A stretch of 64,000 nucleotides of DNA from an uncultured Dehalococcoidia bacterium (GCA_964409595.1 CAYPDR010000010.1:7037-71036), one strand, 5' to 3'. Counted from the stretch's first letter, positions 9,514-19,786 are shown. Notes: a model not told the origin generated them from the sequence alone. Made by a program: numbers and translations.

Positions 9514-10290
9514 TCAAATCATTGAAACGCTTTGCCCGCCATCAATCACTATGCACGATCCAGTGACTAGACCAGCCCTGTCCGATGATAGAAAAGCGAC
9601 TAGATCTCCTACAGGCTCTGGCCAACCAAACCTGCCAAGGGGAAGATTCTGCTCTATAAAAGAATCGACTACCTCTATTGGGTTGTTTTTTTGAAATGTT
9701 TCCCAAGAACCGCCTTCATGTTCTATTGACCCAGGCGCTATAGAATTGACTAAGATTCCATCTTTTGCTAGAGATATAGCAGCGTGCTTGGTAGCAGCAA
9801 TTAATGCGGCCTTAGCCGACATATAAGAGATATTACCTCCATACTCCCTGCCCCAAATGGACGCGATATTGATTATCCGACCCCAATCTTGTTTTTTCAT
9901 AGCCGGTATTACCAACTTCATTAGTTCGAAACCTCCAAATACGTTCAAGTCAAAGGTTCCCTTAAAATCGTCCAATGCCGTACCCTCAATCCCTGTTCTG
10001 GCGAGACTACCTCCGGCATTGTTAACTAGAATATCTACTGAGCCCAACTTGGATTCCACTTCCTTGTGAAGATAGTGAACCGATTGCAAATCCGATACAT
10101 CAGCAGTGATCCCTATCGCCTTAACTCCCCTTTCAGCAAGTTCAGATGTCGTGGAATCCAGAGTTTCCCTTGTCCTTCCGCATATAGCCACATTGACACC
10201 TTCATTTGCCAAGGAAACAGCACTCTGCCTACCCAAACCCCTACTCCCACCGGTCACCAAAGCATTCTTACCTTTTAGCGCAAGATCCAT
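9514..10290 (-). CDS. SDR family oxidoreductase
   Basis: TGGSRGLG, NNAG, S...YMSAK; AGGAG RBS before the ATG at 10290. Confidence 0.92.
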   Translation of the reverse strand: MDLALKGKNALVTGGSRGLGRQSAVSLANEGVNVAICGRTRETLDSTTSELAERGVKAIGITADVSDLQSVHYLHKEVESKLGSVDILVNNAGGSLARTGIEGTALDDFKGTFDLNVFGGFELMKLVIPAMKKQDWGRIINIASIWGREYGGNISYMSAKAALIAATKHAAISLAKDGILVNSIAPGSIEHEGGSWETFQKNNPIEVVDSFIEQNLPLGRFGWPEPVGDLVAFLSSDRAGLVTGSCIVIDGGQSVSMI

Positions 10291-10441
10291 GATCATCTCC
10301 TAGATTATTGTTTGTCCCGAGATTTACAGATTAACATTCAAAAATCCATGTATCCAATTCTGTCAAAATCCGATACACGAATTGGACACATGGATTTTGT
10401 TCTTGACTGTCCCATATACCTCCCCTAGTATTTACCTTCGT

Positions 10442-11092
10442 ATGTTTTTGGATCTACACACCCATTCTGTTGCTTCAGATGATTCACGGGCCACCGTAGA
10501 GCAATATGTCCGGTGGGTCGGAGTTTTGCGCCAAAGGGGCCACATGGTCCATGGCTTCGTCCTTACCGAACACCGACAGTTCAACCATGACATTGACTAT
10601 TCTCAACTCTCTTCTGAGACAGGACTAGTCATTCTTAAGGGTGCGGAACTAGATACGGACTGCGGCCATTTTCTAGTGTATGGTGTTAGTAGAGCTCTTA
10701 CTTCTTCAATAAACTTTTCTGACGTGAACTTGAGTGCAGAAAGTCTCATCAAGAAATGCGACGAATTGGAAGCTATTGCAATCCCCGCCCATCCAGGAAG
10801 GTCAGGCATCGGGTTTGCAACATATCTTGAATCAGGAAGAACAGGGTTTGAAACTATACGAATAGTCGAAGGCTTAAATGCGTCTAATCGCCCGGGAGAA
10901 GGGGAAAAAGCGATGGACTTAATTAAAGAACGTGGGTATCTTTCCACTGGTGGCAGTGATGCTCATATAGTGAGCGCAATTGGCGCCTGCCTAACACAAT
11001 TTGAAAACTTCATCGCCTCTGAACCCGAGCTAGTGACTGCGCTACGCAGCGGAAATTTCAAAGCAGTTACCCTAGAGGATAGTAAAAAATAA
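10442..11092 (+). CDS. PHP-domain metallohydrolase
   Basis: DLHTHS, LTEH, AHP, GGSDAH metal motifs; start placed at ATG 10442. Confidence 0.85.
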   Translation: MFLDLHTHSVASDDSRATVEQYVRWVGVLRQRGHMVHGFVLTEHRQFNHDIDYSQLSSETGLVILKGAELDTDCGHFLVYGVSRALTSSINFSDVNLSAESLIKKCDELEAIAIPAHPGRSGIGFATYLESGRTGFETIRIVEGLNASNRPGEGEKAMDLIKERGYLSTGGSDAHIVSAIGACLTQFENFIASEPELVTALRSGNFKAVTLEDSKK

Positions 11093-11105
11093 CAAGGATT
11101 TGTTG

Positions 11106-11558
11106 ATGGCAACTGACGACGGAATCGTCTATGACCGAAGCCTGCTAGGTAGAGAGCATGCTATAGGAAGTTTCGAAGTGACAGGCGAGATGATATCCGA
11201 GTTCGCGAAATCGACTGGAGAGACTGACAAAAAGTATTTAGGGGAAGGGGCTAACACCGAGAATGTGATTGCACCCCCAACCATTTGCAACATATTTGTC
11301 AACAATATCAGCAGGCCAGATATTAAACTCCAATTTGGTGACCTTAGTTTCTTTGCCGGTCAGTCCGTAGAGTGTAAAGAACATGTGAGGCCCGGAGATA
11401 GGCTCACTGCAAGTACCCGTCTAGACAATGTTTACTCAAAAACCGGTAGGTCTGGCAAAATGGTTTTTGCAGTTTGGAAAACCACTTTCAAAAATCAGAA
11501 GGATGAAATCGTTGCCCTAGTAGATGAGTCATTCGTCAGAAGGAACCGAAATAAATGA
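11106..11558 (+). CDS. MaoC/FAS1-like hot-dog dehydratase, N-terminal type
   Basis: ISEFAKSTGE...IAPPT and VRPGDRL pattern; stop overlaps the next start (ATGA). Confidence 0.8.
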   Translation: MATDDGIVYDRSLLGREHAIGSFEVTGEMISEFAKSTGETDKKYLGEGANTENVIAPPTICNIFVNNISRPDIKLQFGDLSFFAGQSVECKEHVRPGDRLTASTRLDNVYSKTGRSGKMVFAVWKTTFKNQKDEIVALVDESFVRRNRNK

Positions 11559-11992
11559 CAACCGAAAATCTCTATTTCGAAGATGTAGAATTAGGTGATG
11601 AGATAAATCCTATGACGCGAAAAATATCTCTTGAACAAGTTATTGGATTTGTGTCTGTAAGGGAACCGAATCCCTCTCCATCTCGGTTTACGTCAGAAAA
11701 AATAGCCAAAGCGGAGGGGTTACCTGGAGCTATCGTCCCTGGAGCGATGAACATAGCCCTTATGTCTCAATTAATTACCGGATGGTCCCCGACAGTTAGC
11801 TTAAAGAAAATAGATGTGGTTTTCAGACAAATGGTTCTTCATGACAAGCCTTTAAAATTAACAGGAATCATTACTGACAAGGAAGAAGATGTAGAAGCAA
11901 CCAACATAGGATGCGATGTGGTTATGGAAAATGAAGAAGGAGTCAAACTAGTCATAGGACACGCAGAATTCACACTACCCAGTAAATCATGA
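11555..11992 (+). CDS. MaoC-like hot-dog fold protein
   Basis: LYFEDVELGDE start, GLPGAIVPG, VVFRQMV. Confidence 0.8.
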   Translation: MTTENLYFEDVELGDEINPMTRKISLEQVIGFVSVREPNPSPSRFTSEKIAKAEGLPGAIVPGAMNIALMSQLITGWSPTVSLKKIDVVFRQMVLHDKPLKLTGIITDKEEDVEATNIGCDVVMENEEGVKLVIGHAEFTLPSKS

Positions 11993-12005
11993 CTAGGAAA
12001 TATTC

Positions 12006-14666
12006 GTGATATCTATACCTTTTGAAAAGAGATCTTTGGGCAATGGCCTCGAAGTAATAACACACGTTGACCGCAATGCCCCGATGGTCGCTGTGAATAT
12101 CTGGTACCACGTGGGTTCAAAAAATGAGTCTCCAGGACGCACCGGTTTCGCTCATTTATTTGAACATGTGATGTTTGAAGGATCGAAGAACCATAACAAG
12201 GATTATTTCGAACCACTCCAAAGAATTGGTGGCAACATCAATGGGTCGACCACAAATGACAGAACGAACTATTGGGAAGATTTGCCTTCCAACTACCTTC
12301 CTCTCGCTCTTTGGCTAGAATCGGACAGAATGGGGTTTTTACTGGATGCCCTAGACCAGGAACGTTTCGATTTACAGAGGGATGTGGTCAAAAACGAGAG
12401 AAGACAAAGTTATGAAAACAGACCGTATGGAATGGCCCATCTGAAATTGCAGGAAGCGTTGTTTCCGCTACCTCATCCCTACAACTGGCCTACCATTGGA
12501 TCGCAAGAAGATTTAGACTCAGCGACCCTAAAGGACGTACAAGATTTCTTTCGTTCATACTATTCTCCATCGAATGCCAGTATCACAATAGCCGGAGATA
12601 TTGATCATAACGAAGCGTATGACCAGGTGGAAAAGTACTTCGGGGAACTAGAGCCCGGCCCTTCTATAGACCGGTTCCAAAGAATGGGATCGGGACTTCA
12701 AGGAAAAACCATCATAGAGATGGAAGATTCGGTACAGCTACCTCGTTTGTACTTAGCCTGGCCGTCCTCACCGGATTTCACTGAGCGACAAGCAGCTTTG
12801 GATATGTTGTCTATCATTTTGTCAGATGGACGCAGTTCTAGACTCAACAACGAGTTGGTCTACGAGTCAAACATTGCTCATGAGATCAGAGCCTTCCATC
12901 ACGGACAGGAAATAGCTGGAGAGTTCCACATCACGGCCACCGCCGCCCCAGATAACACTCTCGAGTCCATAGAGAACGTCATATGGGCCAATCTCGATAA
13001 AATCTCTTCTGACCCACCATCAGAAAGTGAGATGGAACGAGCTAGGAATCGCGTGCAAAACTATCAAGTACGTCAGTTGGAAAAAATTGGTGGATTTGGA
13101 GGAAGAGCAGATCAGCTTAACTATTACAACGTGTTAGGAAAAGATCCTTCTCTCATAAATACTGACCTCGACCGGTATATGGCGGTAACTCCTCAACAAA
13201 TAGCAAGTGCGGCATCTTCACTGAACCAAACACATGTAAGACTTACAGTCATCCCGAGTGCAAGCAACACATCCACATCCATCTCCAGCTCGTTCGACAG
13301 GAAGAAGGCACCGAGTAAATCAGGGGAAGTTTCATTCACCCCTCCTGTTCCGGAAAAAAGTGAATTAGCAAATGGGACCAAAATATTGCTAGTTCACAAG
13401 CCAAATCTTCCCATTACCTCAGTTGGATTACTACTTAAAACTGGTGCCATGAATGACCCACACGACTCTCCGGGTTTGGCAAAATTCACAACAGACATGT
13501 TGGTGGAAGGAACTTCATCTAAGACCAGTTATCAGATAGCCGACGAAATAGAGTTCTTAGGATCCCAACTCTCCAAGGATGTAGCGAGGGAGTACACCAT
13601 TTTGTCAGTTAGTGGGCTCTCCATTCATCTGGAAAAAGAGCTGTCACTTCTTTCAGATGTCGCTCAGCATCCGTCTTTTCCAGTCCCAGAACTTAAACGG
13701 CTCTTAGCGGAGCGGTTAGCTGACCTCAGTACTATCGAGGACAATGCAGATCTCATAGCAAACATCGCCTCAAGATCAATATTATACGGCGAGAGTTCCG
13801 CCTACGGTCATCCAGTAAATGGAACTTTGGATTCGGTCAACTCTATAAGCCAAGAAGCTGTGAACCAGCATTTTAAAAAGTTTGTTTTGCCTAGTAACCG
13901 AACTTTTCTTGTGGTGGGCGATACCAACATGGACGAAGCCGCGCGGTTAATTGAACAAAGTTTCAGAGCTGATGACCCTCGTGATTCCGAACCGGCCCCA
14001 AGTTATCCGGGACAGGCTTACCCTAAATTTAGCGAGACAACTATCCATCTTATAGACAGACCAGGGGCAGCCCAGTCCGTAATTAGAGCAGGCCATCTCA
14101 CTATACCAAGAATGCATGATGACTATTATGCATTAGCATTCTTAAACTATGTGCTAGGCGGAGACTACTCCGGCAGGCTGAACATGAATTTAAGACAGGA
14201 TAAAGGCTACAGTTACGGATTTTACTCTTCAATTATGTGGCATAGCGTGCAATCGCCTTGGTTGGCAAGGGGGAGCGTCCAGAGCGAATTCACTAAAGAG
14301 TCTGTTTATGAAGTGCTGAAAGAACTATCAGATCTAAGGAGTTCGCGGCCAATTTCGGAAAAAGAATTCAATCACGCCAAGCAAGGACTCATAAAGGGGA
14401 TTCCGTCACAATTCGAAACTAACAGCCAGATCATGGGTCAATTAGTAAACCTATCCGCATTTGAATTGCCAGATAATTATTTCCAGCAAAGTATTGAAAA
14501 ACTTGAATCCCTAGAATTCAAGGACGTATTGAGAGCCTCAAAAGAACATATAAACGACACCGGCTTCCAGGTGGTGGTAGTCGGTGATAAAGAAAAAATT
14601 CATAAAGGATTAAAGGATTTATCTGTCCCTGTTTTGACCACTGACATCTACGGTAACCGCTGTTGA
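12006..14666 (+). CDS. M16 (pitrilysin/insulinase) zinc peptidase, fused two-half type
   Basis: HLFEH (HxxEH) Zn motif, NGST, second half with RLNMNLRQDKGYSYG. Confidence 0.92.
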   Translation: MISIPFEKRSLGNGLEVITHVDRNAPMVAVNIWYHVGSKNESPGRTGFAHLFEHVMFEGSKNHNKDYFEPLQRIGGNINGSTTNDRTNYWEDLPSNYLPLALWLESDRMGFLLDALDQERFDLQRDVVKNERRQSYENRPYGMAHLKLQEALFPLPHPYNWPTIGSQEDLDSATLKDVQDFFRSYYSPSNASITIAGDIDHNEAYDQVEKYFGELEPGPSIDRFQRMGSGLQGKTIIEMEDSVQLPRLYLAWPSSPDFTERQAALDMLSIILSDGRSSRLNNELVYESNIAHEIRAFHHGQEIAGEFHITATAAPDNTLESIENVIWANLDKISSDPPSESEMERARNRVQNYQVRQLEKIGGFGGRADQLNYYNVLGKDPSLINTDLDRYMAVTPQQIASAASSLNQTHVRLTVIPSASNTSTSISSSFDRKKAPSKSGEVSFTPPVPEKSELANGTKILLVHKPNLPITSVGLLLKTGAMNDPHDSPGLAKFTTDMLVEGTSSKTSYQIADEIEFLGSQLSKDVAREYTILSVSGLSIHLEKELSLLSDVAQHPSFPVPELKRLLAERLADLSTIEDNADLIANIASRSILYGESSAYGHPVNGTLDSVNSISQEAVNQHFKKFVLPSNRTFLVVGDTNMDEAARLIEQSFRADDPRDSEPAPSYPGQAYPKFSETTIHLIDRPGAAQSVIRAGHLTIPRMHDDYYALAFLNYVLGGDYSGRLNMNLRQDKGYSYGFYSSIMWHSVQSPWLARGSVQSEFTKESVYEVLKELSDLRSSRPISEKEFNHAKQGLIKGIPSQFETNSQIMGQLVNLSAFELPDNYFQQSIEKLESLEFKDVLRASKEHINDTGFQVVVVGDKEKIHKGLKDLSVPVLTTDIYGNRC

Positions 14667-14673
14667 TGTAATC

Positions 14674-15708
14674 ATGAACATTCAAAGTGAAAGTCAATGC
14701 AAAAAATGTGGCTCACAGAATAATGTCGGGGCAAGACATTGTGCCAAATGTGGATCTGAACTCAATTCTATCTGCCCGGTTTGTGGTAGTTCGTATAGGA
14801 ACGCAGTGTTCTGCGGAAATTGTGGGCAGGCTCTATCTGACGGAGTAACGCTTGGTGATGTAATTGGAGCAGACGAAGAAAGCATACCTGATCGAGGGGA
14901 TCTTAAACTCCCCATACCGGGTCAGATTATGAAACTCGTCCAACTGAGCATTACAGTCTATCGGGAAAACTTCCTCTCTTTTCTTATACTTTCTTTCATA
15001 TCAGGGATACCCTTACTTATTTTTACAGTCTATTTTGATACGAAGATTTCCAGATATATACAATCAAATTCTTCCGATTCCTCTCCGGAAATAAATATGG
15101 CCGGAATCAGCAACATAGAGAACCTTGTCATCGTAATGTGCCTATTAATATTGATCGCAATATCAGGACTGATTACCAGTGCCGCCATATCCTTCGGTTC
15201 CGCGCAATATGCTGAAGAAGACAAAGTGTCAGTAATCACTTGCCTTAATTATGCTCTTCCATGTACTGGCCGACTTCTGGGGCTCGCAATATTGCTACTC
15301 GCCTTACTGATCATCCCAATATTACTTTCATTTCTTATAGTTGGAATACCGTTATTACTGTTTCTGCTGGTGCGTTGGAATTTCGCAATATGTTCCATTG
15401 TGATAGAAAATAGAGGAGTTGTGGAATCTTTGACCAGAAGTTGGTCTTTGGTCTCAAAAAGGTGGTGGATCACTTTTGGGACGGGATTGATTGTAACGAT
15501 TCTCGCGTTCATCCCAGCGATAGTGCTTGGGCTAATAGGATCCGCAATTTCAGCTTCAATTGGTAATCCAATAATTTCACAAATATGTGATACTTTAGCG
15601 ACAATTATCATTACACCGTTTATAGGCATAGCCACCGCAATCTATTTCCTGGGCTTGAGGAAAACTAAGAACCAAAACTATTCAAACAGCGGTTTCATTG
15701 GCTCCTAG
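14674..15708 (+). CDS. double zinc-ribbon plus multi-pass membrane domain protein
   Basis: Four CxxC pairs at the N-terminus followed by several hydrophobic helices and SLTRSWSLV. Confidence 0.75.
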   Translation: MNIQSESQCKKCGSQNNVGARHCAKCGSELNSICPVCGSSYRNAVFCGNCGQALSDGVTLGDVIGADEESIPDRGDLKLPIPGQIMKLVQLSITVYRENFLSFLILSFISGIPLLIFTVYFDTKISRYIQSNSSDSSPEINMAGISNIENLVIVMCLLILIAISGLITSAAISFGSAQYAEEDKVSVITCLNYALPCTGRLLGLAILLLALLIIPILLSFLIVGIPLLLFLLVRWNFAICSIVIENRGVVESLTRSWSLVSKRWWITFGTGLIVTILAFIPAIVLGLIGSAISASIGNPIISQICDTLATIIITPFIGIATAIYFLGLRKTKNQNYSNSGFIGS

Positions 15709-16374
15709 TAAATTCCCTTCCAAGTGAGCCTTATCGTTCAGGCATGCCACTGACCACCCTCCGCTATCAAAAATAAACCTTGATATCGAAGTGTTATCGA
15801 CGCCAAGTCTATGAATTAATCTTTCATCAAATCCCATGATGTACTGAAAAATAGCTCTACTCGTATTGCCGTGGCCTACTACGGCTATCCGACTCGAAAC
15901 CGGACGGGAACAAAATTCACGATTGTAAATAAATTCATTTTCAATCCAATTGGAAGCTCGGCGCTGTACTTCTCGAATAGATTCGCCATCTGGTGGAACA
16001 AAATCCTTCCCCTTTACAGCCCGACTTATTTCCACATCCGTTGTTATGGCTTCCGATATTGGGACACCTCGCCAACCTTTGATCTGTTGTTCGATTATCT
16101 CATCTACTAGTTCAAAGGTTTTATCGGTCTTTTCCATGCCAGAAAGCATCGCATTTGTAGTCTGTATCGCTCTGGTAAGACTAGAACTATAGATTCGATC
16201 AAAATCTATACGCTGTTTTCGAAATCTTTCCCCCAGAGCGGTAGCTTGGTGTATCCCTAGATCAGTGAGCGGCGCATCATAATTTTCACCGGCGGCCATG
16301 CCTGGGGTCGCATTAGATTTGGATTGTCCATGCCTTATGAAATAGAATTCACATCTGTAGTTTTTATGAATCAT
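15682..16374 (-). CDS. histidine phosphatase (phosphoglycerate mutase family)
   Basis: FIRHGQS, SSSLTRA, VGHG, LNDKAHL; GAGGAGG RBS before the ATG at 16374. Confidence 0.9.
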   Translation of the reverse strand: MIHKNYRCEFYFIRHGQSKSNATPGMAAGENYDAPLTDLGIHQATALGERFRKQRIDFDRIYSSSLTRAIQTTNAMLSGMEKTDKTFELVDEIIEQQIKGWRGVPISEAITTDVEISRAVKGKDFVPPDGESIREVQRRASNWIENEFIYNREFCSRPVSSRIAVVGHGNTSRAIFQYIMGFDERLIHRLGVDNTSISRFIFDSGGWSVACLNDKAHLEGNLLGANETAV

Positions 16375-16510
16375 ATCTTTCCTCCTCTTTAGACAAATTC
16401 CTTCTTTGATTTGCATATTCAAGCAACATGGATTCTATAATGTTGTCGTCATGCAAAACGACAATCACCCACCGATGGACAAATAATATGAGTACAGGGA
16501 GAGTCAATAA

Positions 16511-17434
16511 ATGGGCAACAGGTTAGAGGGGAAGATCGCTATAGTCACAGGAGCGGGAAGAGGAATCGGAAGGGGTATTGCGAACTTACTGGCCGAGGAA
16601 GGAGCTTCTGTAGTAGTTAACGATAAAGGGTCCGAAGTTGACGGCACGGGTAAATCTACGATCCCCGCTGACTCAGCCGTAGAACAAATTCAAGATTCCG
16701 GCGGGGAAGCTACGGCTAGTTACGCAGACGTGTCTACCATGGAAGGAGGAGAAAGCCTCGTTCAAACAGCGGTAGACACGTATGGCGGGTTAGACATACT
16801 TGTTAATTCAGCAGGGTCGCTACGCGACAGAATGATCTACCAAATGACTCCAGAAGACTTCGATGTCATCGTTAGGAACAACGCCAAAAGTGTTTTTACC
16901 ACAACGAAATTTGCAACTATTCTCTTTCGCCAACAAAGGGGGGGTCGGATAGTGAATATGGCAGCGGACTCTGGTTTGGGAGACGTGGGGAGATCCAACT
17001 ACGCAGCGGCCACAGAGGCGATCATAGGACTTACAAGAACAACAGCTAAGGATCTAGGAAAATATGGGGTTACGGCTAATGCAATTTCACCGATAGCTGA
17101 AACAAGACTCTTCGCTGGCTCAGTAGAAGAAAAACGACTAGCCTATGTAAAAGGCCCCACCAGAGATGAGCGGGCTGGAATCGGACGATCTCCAGAGATA
17201 CCTAATTGGGAGGGATTGGGCTACCCAGACCATCCTGACAACGTAGCCCCTTTAGCCGTATATCTTTGCACCTATGCCTCACCAAATATTAACGGGTATG
17301 TGCTAGGAGTTCGGGGAGGCAGCCTCTATGTTTATTCCAATCCTGACATTGAAAAGATAATCAACAAATGGGGTAATTTCACCATGGAAGACATGGATGT
17401 GTTGTTTCCAAAAATAATTGGCGCCGGATTCTAA
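16511..17434 (+). CDS. SDR-family protein, catalytically divergent copy
   Basis: TGAGRGIG intact, but A151/A152 and Y164-x3-T168 replace the usual Ser and YxxxK. Confidence 0.88.
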   Translation: MGNRLEGKIAIVTGAGRGIGRGIANLLAEEGASVVVNDKGSEVDGTGKSTIPADSAVEQIQDSGGEATASYADVSTMEGGESLVQTAVDTYGGLDILVNSAGSLRDRMIYQMTPEDFDVIVRNNAKSVFTTTKFATILFRQQRGGRIVNMAADSGLGDVGRSNYAAATEAIIGLTRTTAKDLGKYGVTANAISPIAETRLFAGSVEEKRLAYVKGPTRDERAGIGRSPEIPNWEGLGYPDHPDNVAPLAVYLCTYASPNINGYVLGVRGGSLYVYSNPDIEKIINKWGNFTMEDMDVLFPKIIGAGF

Positions 17435-17497
17435 CAATGTCAGATTAAAAATAACATCTGGCTCCATGAAAACAACCTAATCAAAAAGAGGTGTGAG

Positions 17498-18439
17498 ATG
17501 GGAAATAGGGTAGAAGGGAAAGTCGCTATAGTTACAGGAGCAGGTAGAGGTATTGGCAGGGAAGTCGCACTCTGGCTCGCCAGAGATGGTGCGAGGATCG
17601 TGGTTAACGATCTGGGAGGGGCTGTTGATGGTACCGGAGACTCATCAACACCAGCTGACCAAGTGGTCGAAGAGATAAAAGCTGAAGGAGGCAATGCTGT
17701 AGCGTCTTACGAATCTGTCGCAGAATTCTCTAGTGCCTCACGAATAGTTAAAACAGCCATAGAACAGTTCGGACAAATCGACATTCTGTGCCATCCTGCG
17801 GGCATTCTCCGAGACCGAATGGTTTTCAATATGACGGAATCGGAATGGGACGATGTACTACAAGTACACTTATACGGGGCATTCAACATGGTAAGGAACG
17901 TAGTCCCACATATGATCAAACAGCGTTACGGTAGAATCGTTCTGTTTTCCTCAGGCTCTGGTTTAGGAGCCTCAGGCCAAGCTAATTACGCAGCAGCCAA
18001 AGAAGGAATGGTTGGATTCGCAAGAGCCATATCTGGCGAATTGCAACCCTACGGGATAATGGTGAACGCCGTGTATCCGGGTGGATCAACAAGAATGACA
18101 GATACGGTTCCCCAAAGCACAACTGAACTTAGACAGGAACAAAGGTCAGCCGCTGGCCTTCCTAGTCAACCTATGGTGTCAGAATTACCTCCAGAAAACA
18201 GAGATCCTGAAAATAATGCCCCAAAAGTCGTATATCTATCATCAGAGGCAGCGAATGGAATATCGGGACAGGTGATAGGTACGAGTGGATGGGCCCTATC
18301 TTTGTATTCCCCTAGGCATGTTATCAAGAGCATACATAAAGATGGGAGGTGGACATTGGATGAACTCGACCAAATCATACCTTTCTCACTTGGTAACGGA
18401 CTAATCAACCCAGTACCCGCCGAGCGGCCGGGTAATTAA
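17498..18439 (+). CDS. SDR family oxidoreductase (intact catalytic residues)
   Basis: TGAGRGIG, S151/S152, Y164-AAA-K168. Confidence 0.92.
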   Translation: MGNRVEGKVAIVTGAGRGIGREVALWLARDGARIVVNDLGGAVDGTGDSSTPADQVVEEIKAEGGNAVASYESVAEFSSASRIVKTAIEQFGQIDILCHPAGILRDRMVFNMTESEWDDVLQVHLYGAFNMVRNVVPHMIKQRYGRIVLFSSGSGLGASGQANYAAAKEGMVGFARAISGELQPYGIMVNAVYPGGSTRMTDTVPQSTTELRQEQRSAAGLPSQPMVSELPPENRDPENNAPKVVYLSSEAANGISGQVIGTSGWALSLYSPRHVIKSIHKDGRWTLDELDQIIPFSLGNGLINPVPAERPGN

Positions 18440-18570
18440 ATTAGAATCACAACACAACCAGTAAGTTTCTCACAAAGCCCATAGAGGAAACGCTTTCACT
18501 ATGCAATGCCGGATACGGTGGACAACGAAATTGAGTCACCAGACCACGAACATATAGCAGGAAACAGGTC

Positions 18571-19194
18571 ATGAATTGGATAGATATAATCCTAATCGTT
18601 GTAATAGCCGCTTGCCTTGTTTGGGGAGCACGAGTCGGATTGGTAGGGGCCACACTTTACCTTGCAGGAACTTTGATCGGATGGGCCATAAGCGGGCGAA
18701 TCTCACAAGCCATCGGTGCCACCTTTAGTGACTCGCCCAGTTTAGATACCACCGCAACTACATTAATCTACATATTGATCATCGGATCATCGGTTGTATT
18801 AACTCGGTCTGTTTTGAAACTTTTAAAGCCTGGCATGCCCATATTAGATATAGCCACATTAGGGCTAAATAGGGTACTAGGTATGGGAGTCGGATTGGCA
18901 CTCGGTCTAATTTTTATATGTATATTCGTAACTGGTCTGACAAGATTCACTTACGATTTTGACGTTAGAAGTAAAATGGCTGAGATTAGCTCATCATCTA
19001 ATAGCACTCCTATCAATACAAGTGATGTAATAGCAAAGGTCGAAAACACTAAATCGTTGCTCGAGAACGACTTCGCTGATTCGAGAATATCTCCTCTAAT
19101 AATCAAGGCACTGCGAAATATTCCAGCAGATGGGTTTGGATTAGTTCCCAGTGATTTCATGGCAGCTCTAGACATTTTGGACTCCAAGCTGTAA
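18571..19194 (+). CDS. cvpA: CvpA family membrane protein
   Basis: MNWIDIILIVV start, LNRVLGMGVG motif, hydrophobic helices. Confidence 0.75.
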   Translation: MNWIDIILIVVIAACLVWGARVGLVGATLYLAGTLIGWAISGRISQAIGATFSDSPSLDTTATTLIYILIIGSSVVLTRSVLKLLKPGMPILDIATLGLNRVLGMGVGLALGLIFICIFVTGLTRFTYDFDVRSKMAEISSSSNSTPINTSDVIAKVENTKSLLENDFADSRISPLIIKALRNIPADGFGLVPSDFMAALDILDSKL

Positions 19195-19205
19195 TCATTA
19201 GCAAC

Positions 19206-19733
19206 ATGACTACAGCAGTTTCCTCTGTGATCGAAACTCCAGTTTTGGTATTAAACCAGAATTATCAACCACTCAATATATGCAGTGCCCGACGCGCGTT
19301 GATACTTATGGGGAGGGGAAAAGCGGAGTCAATAGTAAACGGAAGAGGTGCTATTCACAGCACCTCAGATATTTTCCCTCTCCCTTCAGTAGTGAGACTT
19401 TTCTACATGGTGAAAAAACCACTTATTAGGCGAAGACTGTCTAGACAAGCACTGTTTTACCGAGACAATTTTAAATGCCAATACTGCGGAAACAATACAC
19501 GGAAACTTACAATTGACCACATAATACCAAGGTGTAAGGGCGGGAAACATATTTGGGAGAACGTGGTCAGCGCATGCGTGGGCTGCAACCATAGAAAAGC
19601 TGGACTCACTCCGTCAGAAGCGAGAATGAAACTCCGCACCATTCCACAAGTTCCCCGCCCCAATCCGTACTATCTCTTCTATCATAGAAAACTCAAAGAG
19701 GAGTGGAGACCATTTATTCCTTGGGAAAACTGA
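19206..19733 (+). CDS. HNH endonuclease (stand-alone zinc-finger HNH type)
   Basis: VLVLNQNYQPL, RDNFKCQYCG, TIDHIIP...GG...WENVVSACVGCNHRK. Confidence 0.92.
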   Translation: MTTAVSSVIETPVLVLNQNYQPLNICSARRALILMGRGKAESIVNGRGAIHSTSDIFPLPSVVRLFYMVKKPLIRRRLSRQALFYRDNFKCQYCGNNTRKLTIDHIIPRCKGGKHIWENVVSACVGCNHRKAGLTPSEARMKLRTIPQVPRPNPYYLFYHRKLKEEWRPFIPWEN

Positions 19734-19786
19734 AAAATCCCCATAACGCCTTTTTTATCCAGAAAAGTGACGTCCATACCCGGTAC

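Noticed and set aside
19206-19733. HNH as a homing endonuclease, restriction enzyme or Cas protein
   Set aside because: No intron/intein, methylase, cas genes or repeat array in the window.
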